Source: Eledone cirrhosa
Taxonomy: Eukaryota
Length of the DNA stretch: 64,000 nucleotides
Assembly (NCBI GenBank): GCA_964016885.1
Contig: OZ024741.1
Location: forward strand, 348,192,001 to 348,256,000
Direction: 5' to 3'
Shown: piece after piece, positions 1 through 13,137 of the stretch
Layout of the letters: every line of letters starts with the position of its first letter
How positions within the stretch are numbered: the stretch's first letter is position 1
Program-made: the position numbers and the translations under genes
Notes under the pieces: generated by a model
Told to the model about the DNA's origin: nothing
Database searches by the model: none
The model's input: the letters and a program-made list of their open reading frames with translations, nothing else

Positions 1-130
1 AACCTGGCTGCTACTTTTAGTGCTCTAAGTTTGTGAGAGGCTCTAGGATGCCATGTGCGCTAAAATGTTTATATATAGCACACTATTCAGTTTCTTAATA
101 TACTTAGAAGTCTCTAGGATGCTAATTCAT

Positions 131-204
131 CACCCACTGATGAGCTTGAATTGGTAATTCTCTTCACAATTAACATTGCGAAACAACAACAAGTTGTCTG
201 GGCG
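131..204 (+). ncRNA. Type I hammerhead ribozyme, probably in a PLE pseudo-LTR
   Basis: caccca CTGATGA gc..(32 nt)..gc GAAAC aac aacaa gtt GTC^ tgggcg; stem I ccca/tggg, 5-bp stem III, GUC cleavage triplet. Confidence 0.8.
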
Positions 205-385
205 ATCGGTAGTTACCACAATTCCGGTTTGTATTTATTTTCTTGACTTTTTCTTAAATTGAGACAAGCAACAAACCCGATTATCTATAGTTAGTATACT
301 TTTCACCTTAGCGAATCTGGTCGCTTACGATTTGAACACATATATGTATATATCTGTGTTCGTTTTTCTTTTATATTCTATTATA

Positions 386-628
<243 letters not shown>

Positions 629-694
629 TTAAAATAACAGATTAAAGTTTTGAGCAAAGAATCAATGCTTTCATCCTTAACGGGATCTTCTGAA

Positions 695-695
<1 letters not shown>
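629..695. mobile_element. Short TA-flanked repeat family P3 (other copies 7460-7560, 8942-9035, 10077-10246, 11558-11670, 14688-14767)
   Basis: Shared ends taaaataacagattaaagtttaagcaaagaatc and cttcaaatttattattactata, with variable internal deletions. Confidence 0.75.
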
Positions 696-757
<62 letters not shown>

Positions 758-758
<1 letters not shown>

Positions 759-1075
759 AGGGGAGTTTAAAGAGTTTGTTCAAGCTAAAACCAAATGCTA
801 GAGTGCCTAGTATATTAATATTCTAGAGAGGCAGTTGAGGGTAAGAGCAGACAAATTCTCATCTAGAATCTAGGAGTTAACCAGAATTTCAGCCGATCAA
901 CTACGAATAATTGCTTAAGGTATGACTTATCAAACTACCGGTGTAGTTGCACACTAAAAGCATAGAAATGACACCACTTAGGATTTTCCGCGATACTCAC
1001 AAAATTGCGAAAGAATTCTGCCCACACATGTCCAGTGTCCAAACATTGTTAAGGCACATAGCAAATATTTCGATT
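758..1075 (+). pseudogene. Decayed mariner-type transposase 5' end (HTH region)
   Basis: EMTPLRIFRDTHKIAKEFCPHMSSVQTL resembles the mariner N-terminal pattern GMTPxEIxxDxxxxxGxxCPSYSTVxxW. Confidence 0.35.
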
Positions 1076-2284
1076 TGGTTTTACAGTTCACCATTTCGGG
1101 GTCAATACAATAAAATTCGCAGTCAAATACTGGAGTAATTTAATCGAATGTTTACGGCAATTGCAGTTCTTGTGTCTAAATTGTAATCAATTATTAGTTG
1201 ATTGAAAAAATTCTGAGATGTATTATAGATTAGCATGTGTATTGATTAAGTGCCAGTATATTTAATAACTCATTTCTGATTTAGCATTATATCTTTTCTT
1301 AATCTACGAACTTTAGGGCCTTGGCTCAAATACTTTCTTTATGTAAGTATGCATTTTCTTCTATTTCTCCTCATTGTGATAGATATTCGACACTGTCGTA
1401 ATATAATAAAGTCTATCATATTATATAACTCCACATTACATCCGTTATGATTGTATCAGTTCATCCTTCCTGTATATTATGCATTGCTTTGTCTGTAAAA
1501 CCTCTAAGGCATCATACTATTCAGTATTTTCGTTCATCCTGCGTACGTAGATATCGATATTATATAAGACTACTAGAGATATTTTGATGTGTATATATAT
1601 ATCTATAAAAATAGTTATCTATCTGTGTATATTAGGATTTTTTATATGTTTATACAAACACACACATACACATACACTCATACGCACGCACACACATACA
1701 CACGAATCGTGCTGAATGATTCCGTAATGCAGATAAAGAAAACAAAATGATCTATGCAAACTATAGAGCCAGAATATTATAGTATAGTTATCGTCAACAT
1801 GTTTGTATTGTAACTATTGGTCTCCAATCCCACAGATGGTTTATATTGTGAGTTTGTACTCAGCGATCTTTGTTTAAAGGAATCCGTTAAACAAAGATCG
1901 CTGACAGTATTTACATGAGATCTCGTTCATTGCAAGGAGGATGACACTATGTCTTAATTACTTTTCTGCAAGATGCTACATTCTATCTTGTAAGGTATGT
2001 AATTGTCTTTAAGCTCCCATACTGGAGTGGACAGTGCCTTGTTCTTTTCCTACACTGATGTCTAAGTGGTATCATACATTAATGTCTAAAACGACCATCC
2101 GGGCGCAGATGAACCGTATGTTAGCTTATCGTTCAACTGCGCCTGGTTGGCCCTTTTTTGTAGGTATAATACTGTATTCATAGTGGTATAATACTGATCT
2201 TGTATTACATTTTTTTTGTAGGGGTCTTTTCTCATTTTTCAATTGTAAGCAACTTGCTTTGTCTACTGGTGTTTTGTTTACTAT

Positions 2285-2310
<26 letters not shown>

Positions 2311-2316
<6 letters not shown>

Positions 2317-2474
2317 AAGATCTGTGAAACCGGTAAAGTAAATAAATAAATATTCTTAAAATATTCCAGTTATATATATGCAACTGGAATCTTTTAAGAA
2401 TATTAATTTATTTATTTTACCGGTTTCACAGTTCTTTTGCTTTTCAAAAGTAAAACCGAGATAGGGAGTTTGTG

Positions 2475-2475
<1 letters not shown>
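2311..2475. mobile_element. Palindromic copy of family P4 with degenerate HHR
   Basis: Inverted arms gaaaccggtaaa/tttaccggtttc; similar to 13138-14098 and 22820-23167. Confidence 0.65.
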
Positions 2476-2515
<40 letters not shown>

Positions 2516-2697
2516 ATTTGGCGACCTATTTTTCTCGAAGAATTCTTTTTATATCTTCTTTATTTTCACATTCTATTTTGTTATGAAGTAATAGCATCCG
2601 CCAAAAAGTTGGGACTTTTTTCCTATTATATCGAATGCAGAACTTACATATTTTTCAATGTACTGTCTCGTGTGCTTTGTTATTTCTATTTGACTTT

Positions 2698-2756
<59 letters not shown>

Positions 2757-2764
<8 letters not shown>

Positions 2765-3324
2765 ATACTTTGGGAGGGTCATGTTGCCAATAAGAAACAC
2801 ACGCACCAGTTGCTTTCACTTCAATTTAATTTAATATATATTTATAAATTTACAAATTTATAAATTTCTGGTTGGTTGGTTGGTTCCACAACCAGATAGT
2901 TGTTTATATATATATAGTCATAGTTCTTTCGTCACACACTCTGTGACCTCTTCAGTGACTGGGGATTTCTTTCTTCGTTTCTGTGCCTTTCCTTTCTTCT
3001 ATCCTACGCCATTTTTGGCGTAGGATAGAAGAAAGGAAAGGCACAGAAACGAAGAAAGAAATCCCCAGTCACTGAAGAGGTCACAGAGTGTGTGACGAAA
3101 GAACTATGACTATATATATATAAACAACTATCTGGTTGTGGAACCAACCAACCAACCAGAAATTTATAAATTTGTAAATTTATAAATATATATTAAATTA
3201 AATTGAAGTGAAAGCAACTGGTGCGTGTGTTTCTTATTGGCAACATGACCCTCCCAAAGTATAACAATATCGGTTTCAACACACGATTTCAGATAAAGAA
3301 TCTTGCTAAACAAATTCAGAAACG

Positions 3325-3327
<3 letters not shown>
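2757..3327. mobile_element. PLE family A pseudo-LTR as a palindrome (arms 2757-3011 and 3016-3270, plus 57-bp tail)
   Basis: Matches the 3' end of the PLE at 22520-22770; centre cctacgcca-tttt-tggcgtagg; (TA)n on both sides. Confidence 0.9.
3068..3110 (+). ncRNA. Minimal type I HHR of PLE family A (mirror 2917-2959 -; also 19095-19137 -, 46825-46867 -; decayed at ~22572-22614 +)
   Basis: gtca CTGAAGA g gtcaca gagtg tgtgac GAAA g aa c TA^ tgac; very short stem III. Confidence 0.75.
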
Positions 3328-3357
<30 letters not shown>

Positions 3358-3695
3358 CCAAAAACTCGATATAGGAGAGCATAACTCAGCCAGACTAAAA
3401 TACGTTAGTCTCAGCCACATAAACAACTCCCTACAATGGTTTCAAAATCAAAAGAAACAACGTCAGCAATTTCTAATAATTGGAATAACCAATATTGGAA
3501 GAATTTGTATTTTCATCATGGGAGTATTCTTAGGAACAAGATGAGATATTGATAATAAATTATACAGACCATTTCTTTGTCGAACCCACATGCTGTCAAA
3601 TATGTTTATTGGTCTACTAAATGAACAAATCTCTCTTTATCTTTTAGGACAATGCGACAAGCCTATAAAACGGTAAAAATAGCAGCCAAAAACAG

Positions 3696-3730
<35 letters not shown>

Positions 3731-3834
3731 ATGTGTGTGTGTACAGTGTCACAAAAGTGTATACACAAGAAGAAGAAGAAGATGATGATGATGATCATGA
3801 TCATGATGATGATCATGATCATGATGATGGTGAT

Positions 3835-6164
3835 TAAAGTTGTAAGTGCGCATACCACTAGGGGAAATAAATCTACTGAGAAAAGAAATGCGATAGTAGA
3901 TAAGTTTTAGAGTAAATGTGTTTGGTAAATAGGCGCTATTTGATTTATGGTATCTTGAGATTTAGGCTGGGAGTAAGATTAAGATACCAATTTAGAAGGG
4001 CAGGTTATGTTAGATTAGTATATTTAATAAGATGAAATGTGTTTTTAATTGAGGGATATTAAACATTTGGCTGATAACAAACAAATCTGCTTTTACGTAG
4101 GTGTTCAAATTTTGATAGAGAGGAAATCATTTGATTATTTTACAAGTTTATTAGCGAATCTATAAGTTATCGTATTGTTAATTTGTGATAGTAATATGTG
4201 ATAGAACCCAATTTTGAAGGCATTGTATTTTTAATATAGGTTACATATATATAAATACATATCTGTTAAGAAAAAATTATTTTCAATGCAAATGTTGAGT
4301 TAGGATAGATAAGTTTGGATAGAGATGAAGTTTGTGGTGATTTTATACGTTATTTGGGTTTATTTTTTAGTCGTATATAATTTTTCAGGTGAAGTGGAAT
4401 TGGAATATGGGAAAATATTGAGTGATAGAACATTTTCAAGATTGATATTAATTCTGGGTAGGTGATATTAATATAGGTAATTAAGTTGTATTTCAAATGC
4501 TAATATTATTTTCAAATATTTATTACACTTTTGGGTAGAAGATGTTTTGCACTCAGTCAATTTGGTTAGTTACTTTATTAAGATATTTTAATTAGTTTAC
4601 GAGTTATAGTATTATTGGTATAGGGACATATTATAGCCGTTTTTAAAGGATACGATTAATGTTGATTTAATTAATCAACAAAATTCATTTGTTTATCGAG
4701 AGTTTGTTTAGGTAAGAATGTATTATTTCTAGTTGTATCTCACTTACTTGAATAAACTAGTTCTGATCATAGTGATTTCACGTATTAGGAGGATTTATAT
4801 TATTTAAAAGTTTTCAGGATTTTATGATTGCATGAAATAATTAATTCCGGCTTTTTATTTAATAAATTATCCTTAGATTTCATGATTTCGAACAGTTCTT
4901 GAGAACATAATGGCCCTCCCTTCATTCACTTTGATATGACTTAGTTCTCTTCAGGACATTCCATTTTACATTGTAGGCGATATTTTTCATTTTAAATTTG
5001 TTAATAGTTTCGTTGAGTGAGGTGGTATTAGCTAATTTAGTATTTTTAAAAGAATGGGTTTGAGAATAAAATACCTTCTTAAATAAATTAGAGGTAGCAC
5101 CTATGTAGGATTGTGTACAGTCTTTAGTGATAAACTTACATTTATATACAATACTCATAATTAAGCAATTACCATTAAGGAGGCAATTCGCATTCATTCT
5201 ACAGTTGCATCTATTTGTGTAGGACACGTTATATAATTTAAGATTTTTAGTGATGTTATTACTATTAATTTTATGATTATTATCAATGGTATCATTGCTA
5301 GTATTGGTATCCACTTTGTTGGTAATGGGACTAGTCGAGGAGGGTATAATAGATACAGAATTGTTAGATAATAGGTTTGTTTGCCTTAGAGTAGCTGGTG
5401 TTGGGCTGGTTGCGAGTGGGCTTTCAATGATATGACAAGTCGACGAGGTTAATATGCATTCATAATTGTTGGATAGTTCATTTAGTTGACCTAAGGTAGC
5501 GGGTATTGTGCTGGTTGTGGGTGTGTATTATTAGATTCGTGTTGGTTTACATTCCGGGTAAAAACTGGAGCAAGACTAGTTCCGTCTATCTGTGTGTGTG
5601 TGGGGGGGGGGATATGGGTGCATTTTCTACTAGCATATATTTGTATGTATTCTCTGCACTTATTTTTTGCTGCAGATTGGTTGATGTTTAGTAAGAGAGC
5701 TTAACGGTAAAGCAGTTAAGGATTTGGTGTTATCTATGTGTAGGCGGGAAGTGTCTATGCAAGATTGCAAAGAATTTCTTAGGTACCTACTCTTAGTTTG
5801 TACGTTGAAAGGTGCATTATACTATGTGATTTTTCTTTTACGACATCTATTTCTAGTTTTATCTTTATTTATATGGTTATTCTCAATATGATGAGGGGTG
5901 TTGGCATAATAATAAGAGTTGGATGGCATGTTATATATGTTATTAGAGTTTATATAGTGTAGATTAGGTTTGTGATTGGTATGTTCATGTATATTATGAG
6001 TATTCCTTTGCTGTCTAGCTATCTCAGTATCATTTGCTATGATAGCATTAATTCCAGTTTAAACGCTCTATTATCAGTAATATTAGTAGACATTTGTTTA
6101 GATAGATTAGTAGGTGGAAGTATTTGTATGGGTGGGGCTAATTTGGCTACTAAAGAATACTCAG

Positions 6165-6175
<11 letters not shown>
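3835..6175 (-). mobile_element. Decayed PLE family C: RT thumb and GIY-YIG C-terminus (about 6175-4800), followed by probable 5' region of a tandem unit
   Basis: ORF 4922-5314 CNCRMNANCLLNGNCL..IVYKC..SYIGATSNLFK; upstream RKIT*YNAPFN..HQILNCFTVKLSY; downstream NLLNKKPELI; many stops. Confidence 0.75.
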
Positions 6176-6195
<20 letters not shown>

Positions 6196-6439
6196 CAGAT
6201 ATTCGAATATATTTCGAACAGCACTTATGATGATTTCAATTTGTGAGTCTTTCCCTTATTTAATAATATATCTTATTCAGTTTTATTGATGGAATCAACG
6301 GAAATTTAAGCGAGGATTATGTAGCGAATCATTTATAATTGGACGGGAAATGTCATTCTTCACGAGAAAGAGATATACATTCTCAACCACATATTTGATT
6401 AATTTGACAATGTTTATATTTACACACACACTCACAGAC

Positions 6440-6509
<70 letters not shown>

Positions 6510-6514
<5 letters not shown>

Positions 6515-7177
6515 TAAGTATGTATACGTACATACATATATACATACGTACAGTAGTATGTATATATATACATACATGCACACATATATATATATGTACG
6601 TATGGATTCACCGAATATTTATTATAATGCTCGGTGTGTTTGTAAACAAACATCCCGAATTAAGCCGTACAGTGTTTAGCAACCATCGTTGCCCTTTTTG
6701 TTCAACACTGACAAAGGAACGATGTACTAGTTTCAAGCTTATTAGCTATCGTCAGCACCGTATACCTTCCTGCCAGATGATTGAACGTCTGAATGTATAT
6801 ACTTTCCTTATGCATATTAACGGCTGAGCAGCCATCTGGCGTTCAATCATCTGGCAGTAAGGTATACAGTGCTGACGAAATATAATAAGCTTGAAACTAG
6901 TACATCGTTCCTTTGTCAGTGTTGAACAAAAAGGGCAACGATGGTTGCTAAACACCGAACGGCTTAATTCGGGATGTTTGTTTACAAACACACCAAGCAT
7001 TATAATAAATGTTCGGTGAATCCATACGTACATATATATATGTGTGCATGTATATATATATATACATACTACTGTACGTCTGTATATATATATATATATG
7101 TATGTACGTATACATACTTATATTTAAGTAACAGCCGTACTAAGAGCGAGAAATGAAATTTCGTTTCATTTTCTCCG

Positions 7178-7180
<3 letters not shown>
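6510..7180. mobile_element. Family P5 non-autonomous HHR element in inverted arrangement (other copies 35960-36680, 46010-46570)
   Basis: Arms about 6510-6790 and 6830-7125; three dispersed copies, all TA-flanked. Confidence 0.85.
6719..6761 (-). ncRNA. Minimal type I HHR of family P5 (also 46213-46255 -; damaged at 6866-6908 + and ~36017-36059 -)
   Basis: acggtg CTGACGA t agct aata agct t GAAAC ta GTA^ catcgt; 6-bp stem I; palindromic ACTAGT stem III. Confidence 0.85.
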
Positions 7181-7233
<53 letters not shown>

Positions 7234-7259
7234 TAGTTCCACAACCATTACTTCACCAT

Positions 7260-7302
7260 ACCAAGAACAAATGTTTCATCTTATCTGGATCATCAGCTCG
7301 GT
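7260..7302 (-). ncRNA. Type I HHR within a small palindromic element (about 7232-7445)
   Basis: accgag CTGATGA tccagataagat GAAAC attt GTT^ cttggt; decayed mirror at about 7315-7357. Confidence 0.65.
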
Positions 7303-7902
7303 CTAAATGTTTAGACCGAGCTGTGGATCCGAATAAGGTTAAAGATTTGCTCTTGGTGTGGTGAACTAACAGTTGTGGAAATTCTACCAAACTCGTCCTT
7401 TGGACTGAGTGTTCTACTACTACGGGTATAACCCACCAGTGACTTCTATTATATATATATTAAAATAACGGATTAAAGTTTAAGCACAAATCCTTCTTAA
7501 CGGGATTTTTTGAAACGATCCCCCTCCGGATTTTAGACTTCACATTTATTATTATTACTATATATATAAGGGCATTAACTCTAACATAGATTTGTGTGTG
7601 AATAGGTGAAGATGTATATCTGGCGACATATGGTATATTTATAAATAAACATTTTGAAAGTCTTCCACTATGAATTTTAAAACTGATAGCATAGCGCCAT
7701 CTAGAGTGTTCCAACGGAAGCTAAGTACAGCCAACTAGTTATGAGGACGTCATAATTTCTGACTTTGTGCGTCATCAAAATAGTACTGCCGACCTCTTAC
7801 TGTTGTATATGTTTAAAATTTAGCTTCAACATGGCTGTAATCTTTTTTGTGTATATCTAATGATATACGGTACGTTTAATAAATAAATGAATAACTAAAT
7901 AA

Positions 7903-7977
<75 letters not shown>

Positions 7978-7980
<3 letters not shown>

Positions 7981-8322
7981 TTAAGAAAGCCACAACAATG
8001 CAGAGGGAAATCTCGAGGTAGGAAGTGAAAGATAGATAGGAAAACAGGTGAAAGTGAAAATTGAGAGAGACAAAGATGAAAACAAAACAAAGGTAGAAGG
8101 TTTACCGTAGTAGAGATTTAATCCCAATATTTCGGGCTCACGCCCATCAACGGGGGAAAGTTCCAGAAGGGGGGGGGGGGGGGGGGGAACAGGCCAAGCG
8201 GAGAAAGTTGTGATGTCGTTAAGACATCACTTCCTACCTCGAGTTTTCCCTCTGCATTGTTGTGGCTTTCTTAAATACGTATTTTACACATTTCACAATG
8301 CTTCAAGCAGACTTTAACACCC
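7978..8322. mobile_element. TA-flanked element with ~50-bp inverted repeats and a degenerate HHR-like motif (about 8122-8157 -)
   Basis: 7978-8028 is inverted at 8227-8279; minus strand reads ccgttgat gggc gtga gccc GAAA tatt ggga. Confidence 0.55.
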
Positions 8323-8443
8323 TCTTATATATATATATATATAATATAATATGGAAAACGAAGAATCAGTGGTGCATTAATACACACACACACACACACA
8401 CGCACACACAGACACACACACACATACACACACATACACACAT

Positions 8444-8482
<39 letters not shown>

Positions 8483-8541
8483 AATATTTAGAAGAGCTGC
8501 TACAGGACTAGAACAGTTTCATTCGTGAGAAATCATGAGGG

Positions 8542-8590
8542 GCTTCCTGATGATTTCTCACGAATGAAACAGTTCTAGTCCTGTAGAAGC
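8542..8590 (+). ncRNA. Type I HHR of family P2 in palindrome 8485-8672 (decayed relatives ~28134-28182, 35790-35840, 39425-39475 -, 39669-39718)
   Basis: gcttc CTGATGA t ttc tcac gaa t GAAAC ag ttctagtc ct GTA^ gaagc; the mirror arm has a mutated core CTCATGA. Confidence 0.85.
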
Positions 8591-8674
8591 TCTTCTATAT
8601 TAAAACTGTTATACTCTGCTATGTATTGAGTACCTTACTTACTGTGGTTACTTCCAATTCAACCCGGAATAACT

Positions 8675-8795
<121 letters not shown>

Positions 8796-8809
8796 ATATA
8801 TATATATAT

Positions 8810-8859
<50 letters not shown>

Positions 8860-8863
8860 ACTA

Positions 8864-8941
<78 letters not shown>

Positions 8942-9068
8942 TAGTAATAATAAATTTGAAGACTAAACTCCAAAGAGGGCTCGATAAGGATAAATATATA
9001 TCAAATATATAAGAACCATAGTGCAAATATTTCGAAAAAGGTTGCAACCGAAGGAAGACAGGAAGTCG

Positions 9069-9104
<36 letters not shown>

Positions 9105-9622
9105 TATACTTATATATATATATACATATATATATACATATATATATATATATATGTGTATGTGTGTGTCTGTATGCCTGGTTCAATCGGGAGTGACCAT
9201 AGTAAATAAGGTACTCAATTCATAGCAGAGTATAAATATTTAAATTTTACTTCAACGTTGCTGATGCCTCACCATGCTGCCTTCTGCTCGAAATGTATAT
9301 AAGCAGTTATCTCTGGCTACTTCTGCTCAAATCCACTATATGGTTCTTGTGGCCAGTCTATATATATATATATATATATATTCATCTATATATATGTACG
9401 ATTTTCCTTGTATTGATGGTATGGGTAATATAATCCTTTTACCAGGGTTAAGCGGTGTCTAAATAATTATTATTAATTTATGTTTTAAGTTTCTAAATAT
9501 ATATTTAAGTCTTCTCTTCATTCTTGCAATCATACTTTTGACATGATTAGTGATATATTCCCTCGCCCAGGTTTGAAATCTCAACCGTAAGTACCTGAGG
9601 GTAAATATATATACCAAGCCTG

Positions 9623-9668
<46 letters not shown>

Positions 9669-9705
9669 TCACACATACACACACTCACACAGACACATAC
9701 ACACA

Positions 9706-9736
<31 letters not shown>

Positions 9737-9955
9737 GTACACACACACACACACACACACACATATATGTATGTATCAGTGATTATGTGCATTTCATACT
9801 TCAATGTAAAGAGCACTCAATATAATGAATATAGAATTAATTTCATACAATTATAGAAAGCAAAAGCATGTCAAAGCATGTTATATATTTCAAGAGCTCT
9901 CAACCCATGGAGTGTCTTTAAAATTAAAGTAACAACCATTGAGTAAAGCTCTATC

Positions 9956-10055
<100 letters not shown>

Positions 10056-10711
10056 TTTATATATATATATATTTATTAAAATAACAGATTAAAGTTTAAG
10101 CAAAGAATCGCTGTTTTCACCCTTAACGGGATCTTCCGAAACTCATATTAATAAATATTTGCTCTACGGTTCTTATATATTTGATATATATTTATCCTTA
10201 TCGTGCACTCGTTGGATTTTAGTCTTCAAATTTATTATTATTACTATATATATACATATATATATATTCCCACAGGGGTGTGGGTTTTTTTATGTATGTA
10301 TATGCATGAAGGGTTTCATGTTTCTTTATGTGTTTCTCTGTATAAACACATAGGAGTGGTAGGTTGTAACTGTTTATCTCTCCCAATATACTTACTATAT
10401 CAGGTATATACACCACAAATTAACTGGCGGCTATATGTATTACATACGATATTGCTCAAGTAGTTATTAGAAAAATAATTTCGTATTATGACATAAATCT
10501 TTATGAAATCAATAAATTTATGTATGAAGTTCTACCTATAAGATATGAATTATTTATTTACACTTACACATAATTATTCGTTCCATAGGCTATCATAATC
10601 AAGTTAACACTATGGAATCATTAGAAAGTTTATTTGAAGACATTTGATTTCATCAAATTGCCAGGCATCAAACAGTGTCCATCACAACCAAGAAAAATGC
10701 GTTTATATATG

Positions 10712-10742
<31 letters not shown>

Positions 10743-10959
10743 ATGTGTGTGTGTGTGTGTCTGTATGTGTGGGTATGTGTGTGTGTGTATGTGAGTATGC
10801 GTGTGTGTGTGTGTCTGTATGTGTGGGTATGTGTGTGTGTGTATGTGAGTTTGTGTGTGTGTGTAGAATTCCATGTCGTGTCGATGGTAACCATAAAGAA
10901 GGTTCGCAGTATGTCGGTAAAGTATAGGTATCTACTGAACTAGAATTATTTAATTAATA

Positions 10960-11000
<41 letters not shown>

Positions 11001-11018
11001 ATGTAGAATGATACAATC

Positions 11019-11505
11019 ACAATTTACTGTGTTTATTCCTTTATATATGTTATAAAATGGTCAGTATTTTTACTTTGAGCTTAATAATTGCAGAGTATTA
11101 TTTTAATTTCGGCTCCTTCAATTGTGAACTAGCAAGTTGGGTGAATTTAGGCTACTATATCTAGCCGTTTTACAATCCACCCACGCCAGGCGAAACGACG
11201 AACACATGAGATATTTAATTTCCTCGGAGTTTATTTAGTTTACCTAAACTCATTGATGTTTGTTGCATATAAACTCACCTCCCACTGCGGACTGCCTTCG
11301 GATTATCTGTTACAAACACAAGTTTTCAGCGCGAAACAGATTAATCTCTAATTTGTCCGGGAGATAATAGTTATTAATAATAGTTATTGAAAAGGTCAGT
11401 ACATTTAATCTTGTACTTTCCGTTTCATTCAGAGTTTATATTCGTCAAACCAACGTGGTCTTTCTAGTAATTCTAAACATACAATCTACTGTGTTTATTC
11501 CTTTA
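11019..11505 (+). mobile_element. ~462-bp unit with 25-bp terminal direct repeat and HHR-like motif at 11279-11363
   Basis: acaat(t/c)tactgtgtttattccttta at 11019 and 11481; ctccca CTGCGGA..gc GAAAC agatt..aattt GTC^ cgggag. Confidence 0.55.
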
Positions 11506-11762
11506 CATATATATTATATATATATAGTAATAATAATAATATATTTGTATATATATATAGTAATAATAATAATAAATTTGAAGACTAAAATACAAAGAGG
11601 GCTCGATAAGGATAAATATATATCAAATATAAGCGATTCTTTGCTTAAACTTTAATCGGTTATTTTAATAAATATATACATATATATACAGGAAGATCCA
11701 ACCGTTAAGGTTGTCTTTTTTCAGGGTATGTCAATATTTATTTATAAAACTAATCTGTATTA

Positions 11763-11828
11763 TATTTTATCTGATGAAAGCGCACCATAATTTGCCTTGG
11801 TGGCCCTTGAAATATGTATAATAGAATA
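11763..11828 (+). ncRNA. Type I HHR with long stem II
   Basis: tattttat CTGATGA aagcgcacca..tggtggccctt GAAAT atgt ATA^ atagaata. Confidence 0.7.
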
Positions 11829-11866
11829 AATATGGTTTTATAAATATAGTTTCCATTTGTTAATAT

Positions 11867-11957
<91 letters not shown>

Positions 11958-12029
11958 TTTATTTATTTATATATACACAAATACATACTCCTAGAATGCA
12001 TGTGTTTCAACTTTTATTTGTATAACACT

Positions 12030-12350
12030 TCTGATAGCGGAGAGTTGTTATGTGTGCCGGGGATAAAAAAGACAGGAAGTCTCACAAAACCACAGGCTCA
12101 AGCACAAACCTATAAGTAAGTGGACGTACTTTCAAAGTTTGGCCTCATCGGCCTAGTGGGCAGCGAAGACTGCGCTGGGAGTCTAATGCACCACGTTGCC
12201 GCTGGAGAACATGACATAACATGGCATCCCAGATGAAAGTTCAACCCCTTGAAACGGTGAAAGATTCATGCCGCCTTCCTCTCTGCCGACTCTTCGGTCC
12301 AGCGCCGCTGGCTCGAGTTGAGAATGGAAGCCCAACGAAAGTATAGGAGC
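12030..12350 (-). pseudogene. CRE-like non-LTR retrotransposon fragment (restriction-like endonuclease domain)
   Basis: Frameshifted SQLEPAALDRRVGR..SPF..FIWDA..ADEAK..KY..YRFVLEPVV.ETS matches the RLE pattern LEPxxLxRxDGxRPDG..WDxT..KxxKY..FxPxxxET. Confidence 0.6.
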
Positions 12351-12550
12351 TCAATATATCAAAAATAATTACAATAGTGTATATATATATATAGTAATAA
12401 ATGGACAATATCACTATGTCATCATATTTATGATAGATTTTCTGTGTAGAGTGCTTCATATCTGCTATAAACATAACTCTGTTGAATATTCATCAATAAA
12501 GCATAAAAAAAATTGTTTATATATATACATACACACACACACGCTTACAC

Positions 12551-12586
<36 letters not shown>

Positions 12587-12615
12587 TGGATATATATATA
12601 TATATATATAAGTTT

Positions 12616-12663
<48 letters not shown>

Positions 12664-12695
12664 CCGTCGGGGGTCCTGAATTTTATCATATCACC

Positions 12696-12744
<49 letters not shown>

Positions 12745-12785
12745 CTGTGTGCGTGTGTATGTGTGTGCATGCGCATGTGTGGGTG

Positions 12786-12816
<31 letters not shown>

Positions 12817-13068
12817 ATGTGTGTGTGTATGTGTATGTGTAAAAAGATAAACAGAAATAACAGCACAAACTGTACAGAATTAATTTAACGCTTGAATTAG
12901 AGGGTGGTTCCTAATGTTTCGGACGCTATTCATTCACCAGAAGAAAGAATAAGAAATTAGAAAGATTAAAGGGAATAACAGGGCGGAATCGGGAAATAAT
13001 ATTTATAGAGAGAGAAGGACAAAGGGATACACTTATTTCCCTAAGTGACTACGGCTAAACACAATCTG

Positions 13069-13129
<61 letters not shown>

Positions 13130-13137
13130 TGTATATA

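Noticed and set aside
2052-2123. HHR-like motif CTGATGT..AAAAC..GTA
   Set aside because: Two core substitutions and no convincing stem II; at best a dead copy, not counted
7692-7707. CTCF-like motif tagcgccatctagag
   Set aside because: A single short match, also common inside DNA-transposon relics; no supporting evidence
12908-12945. HHR-like motif on the minus strand (CTGGTGA..GAAAC)
   Set aside because: The core is mutated and stem II does not pair well; not counted as intact
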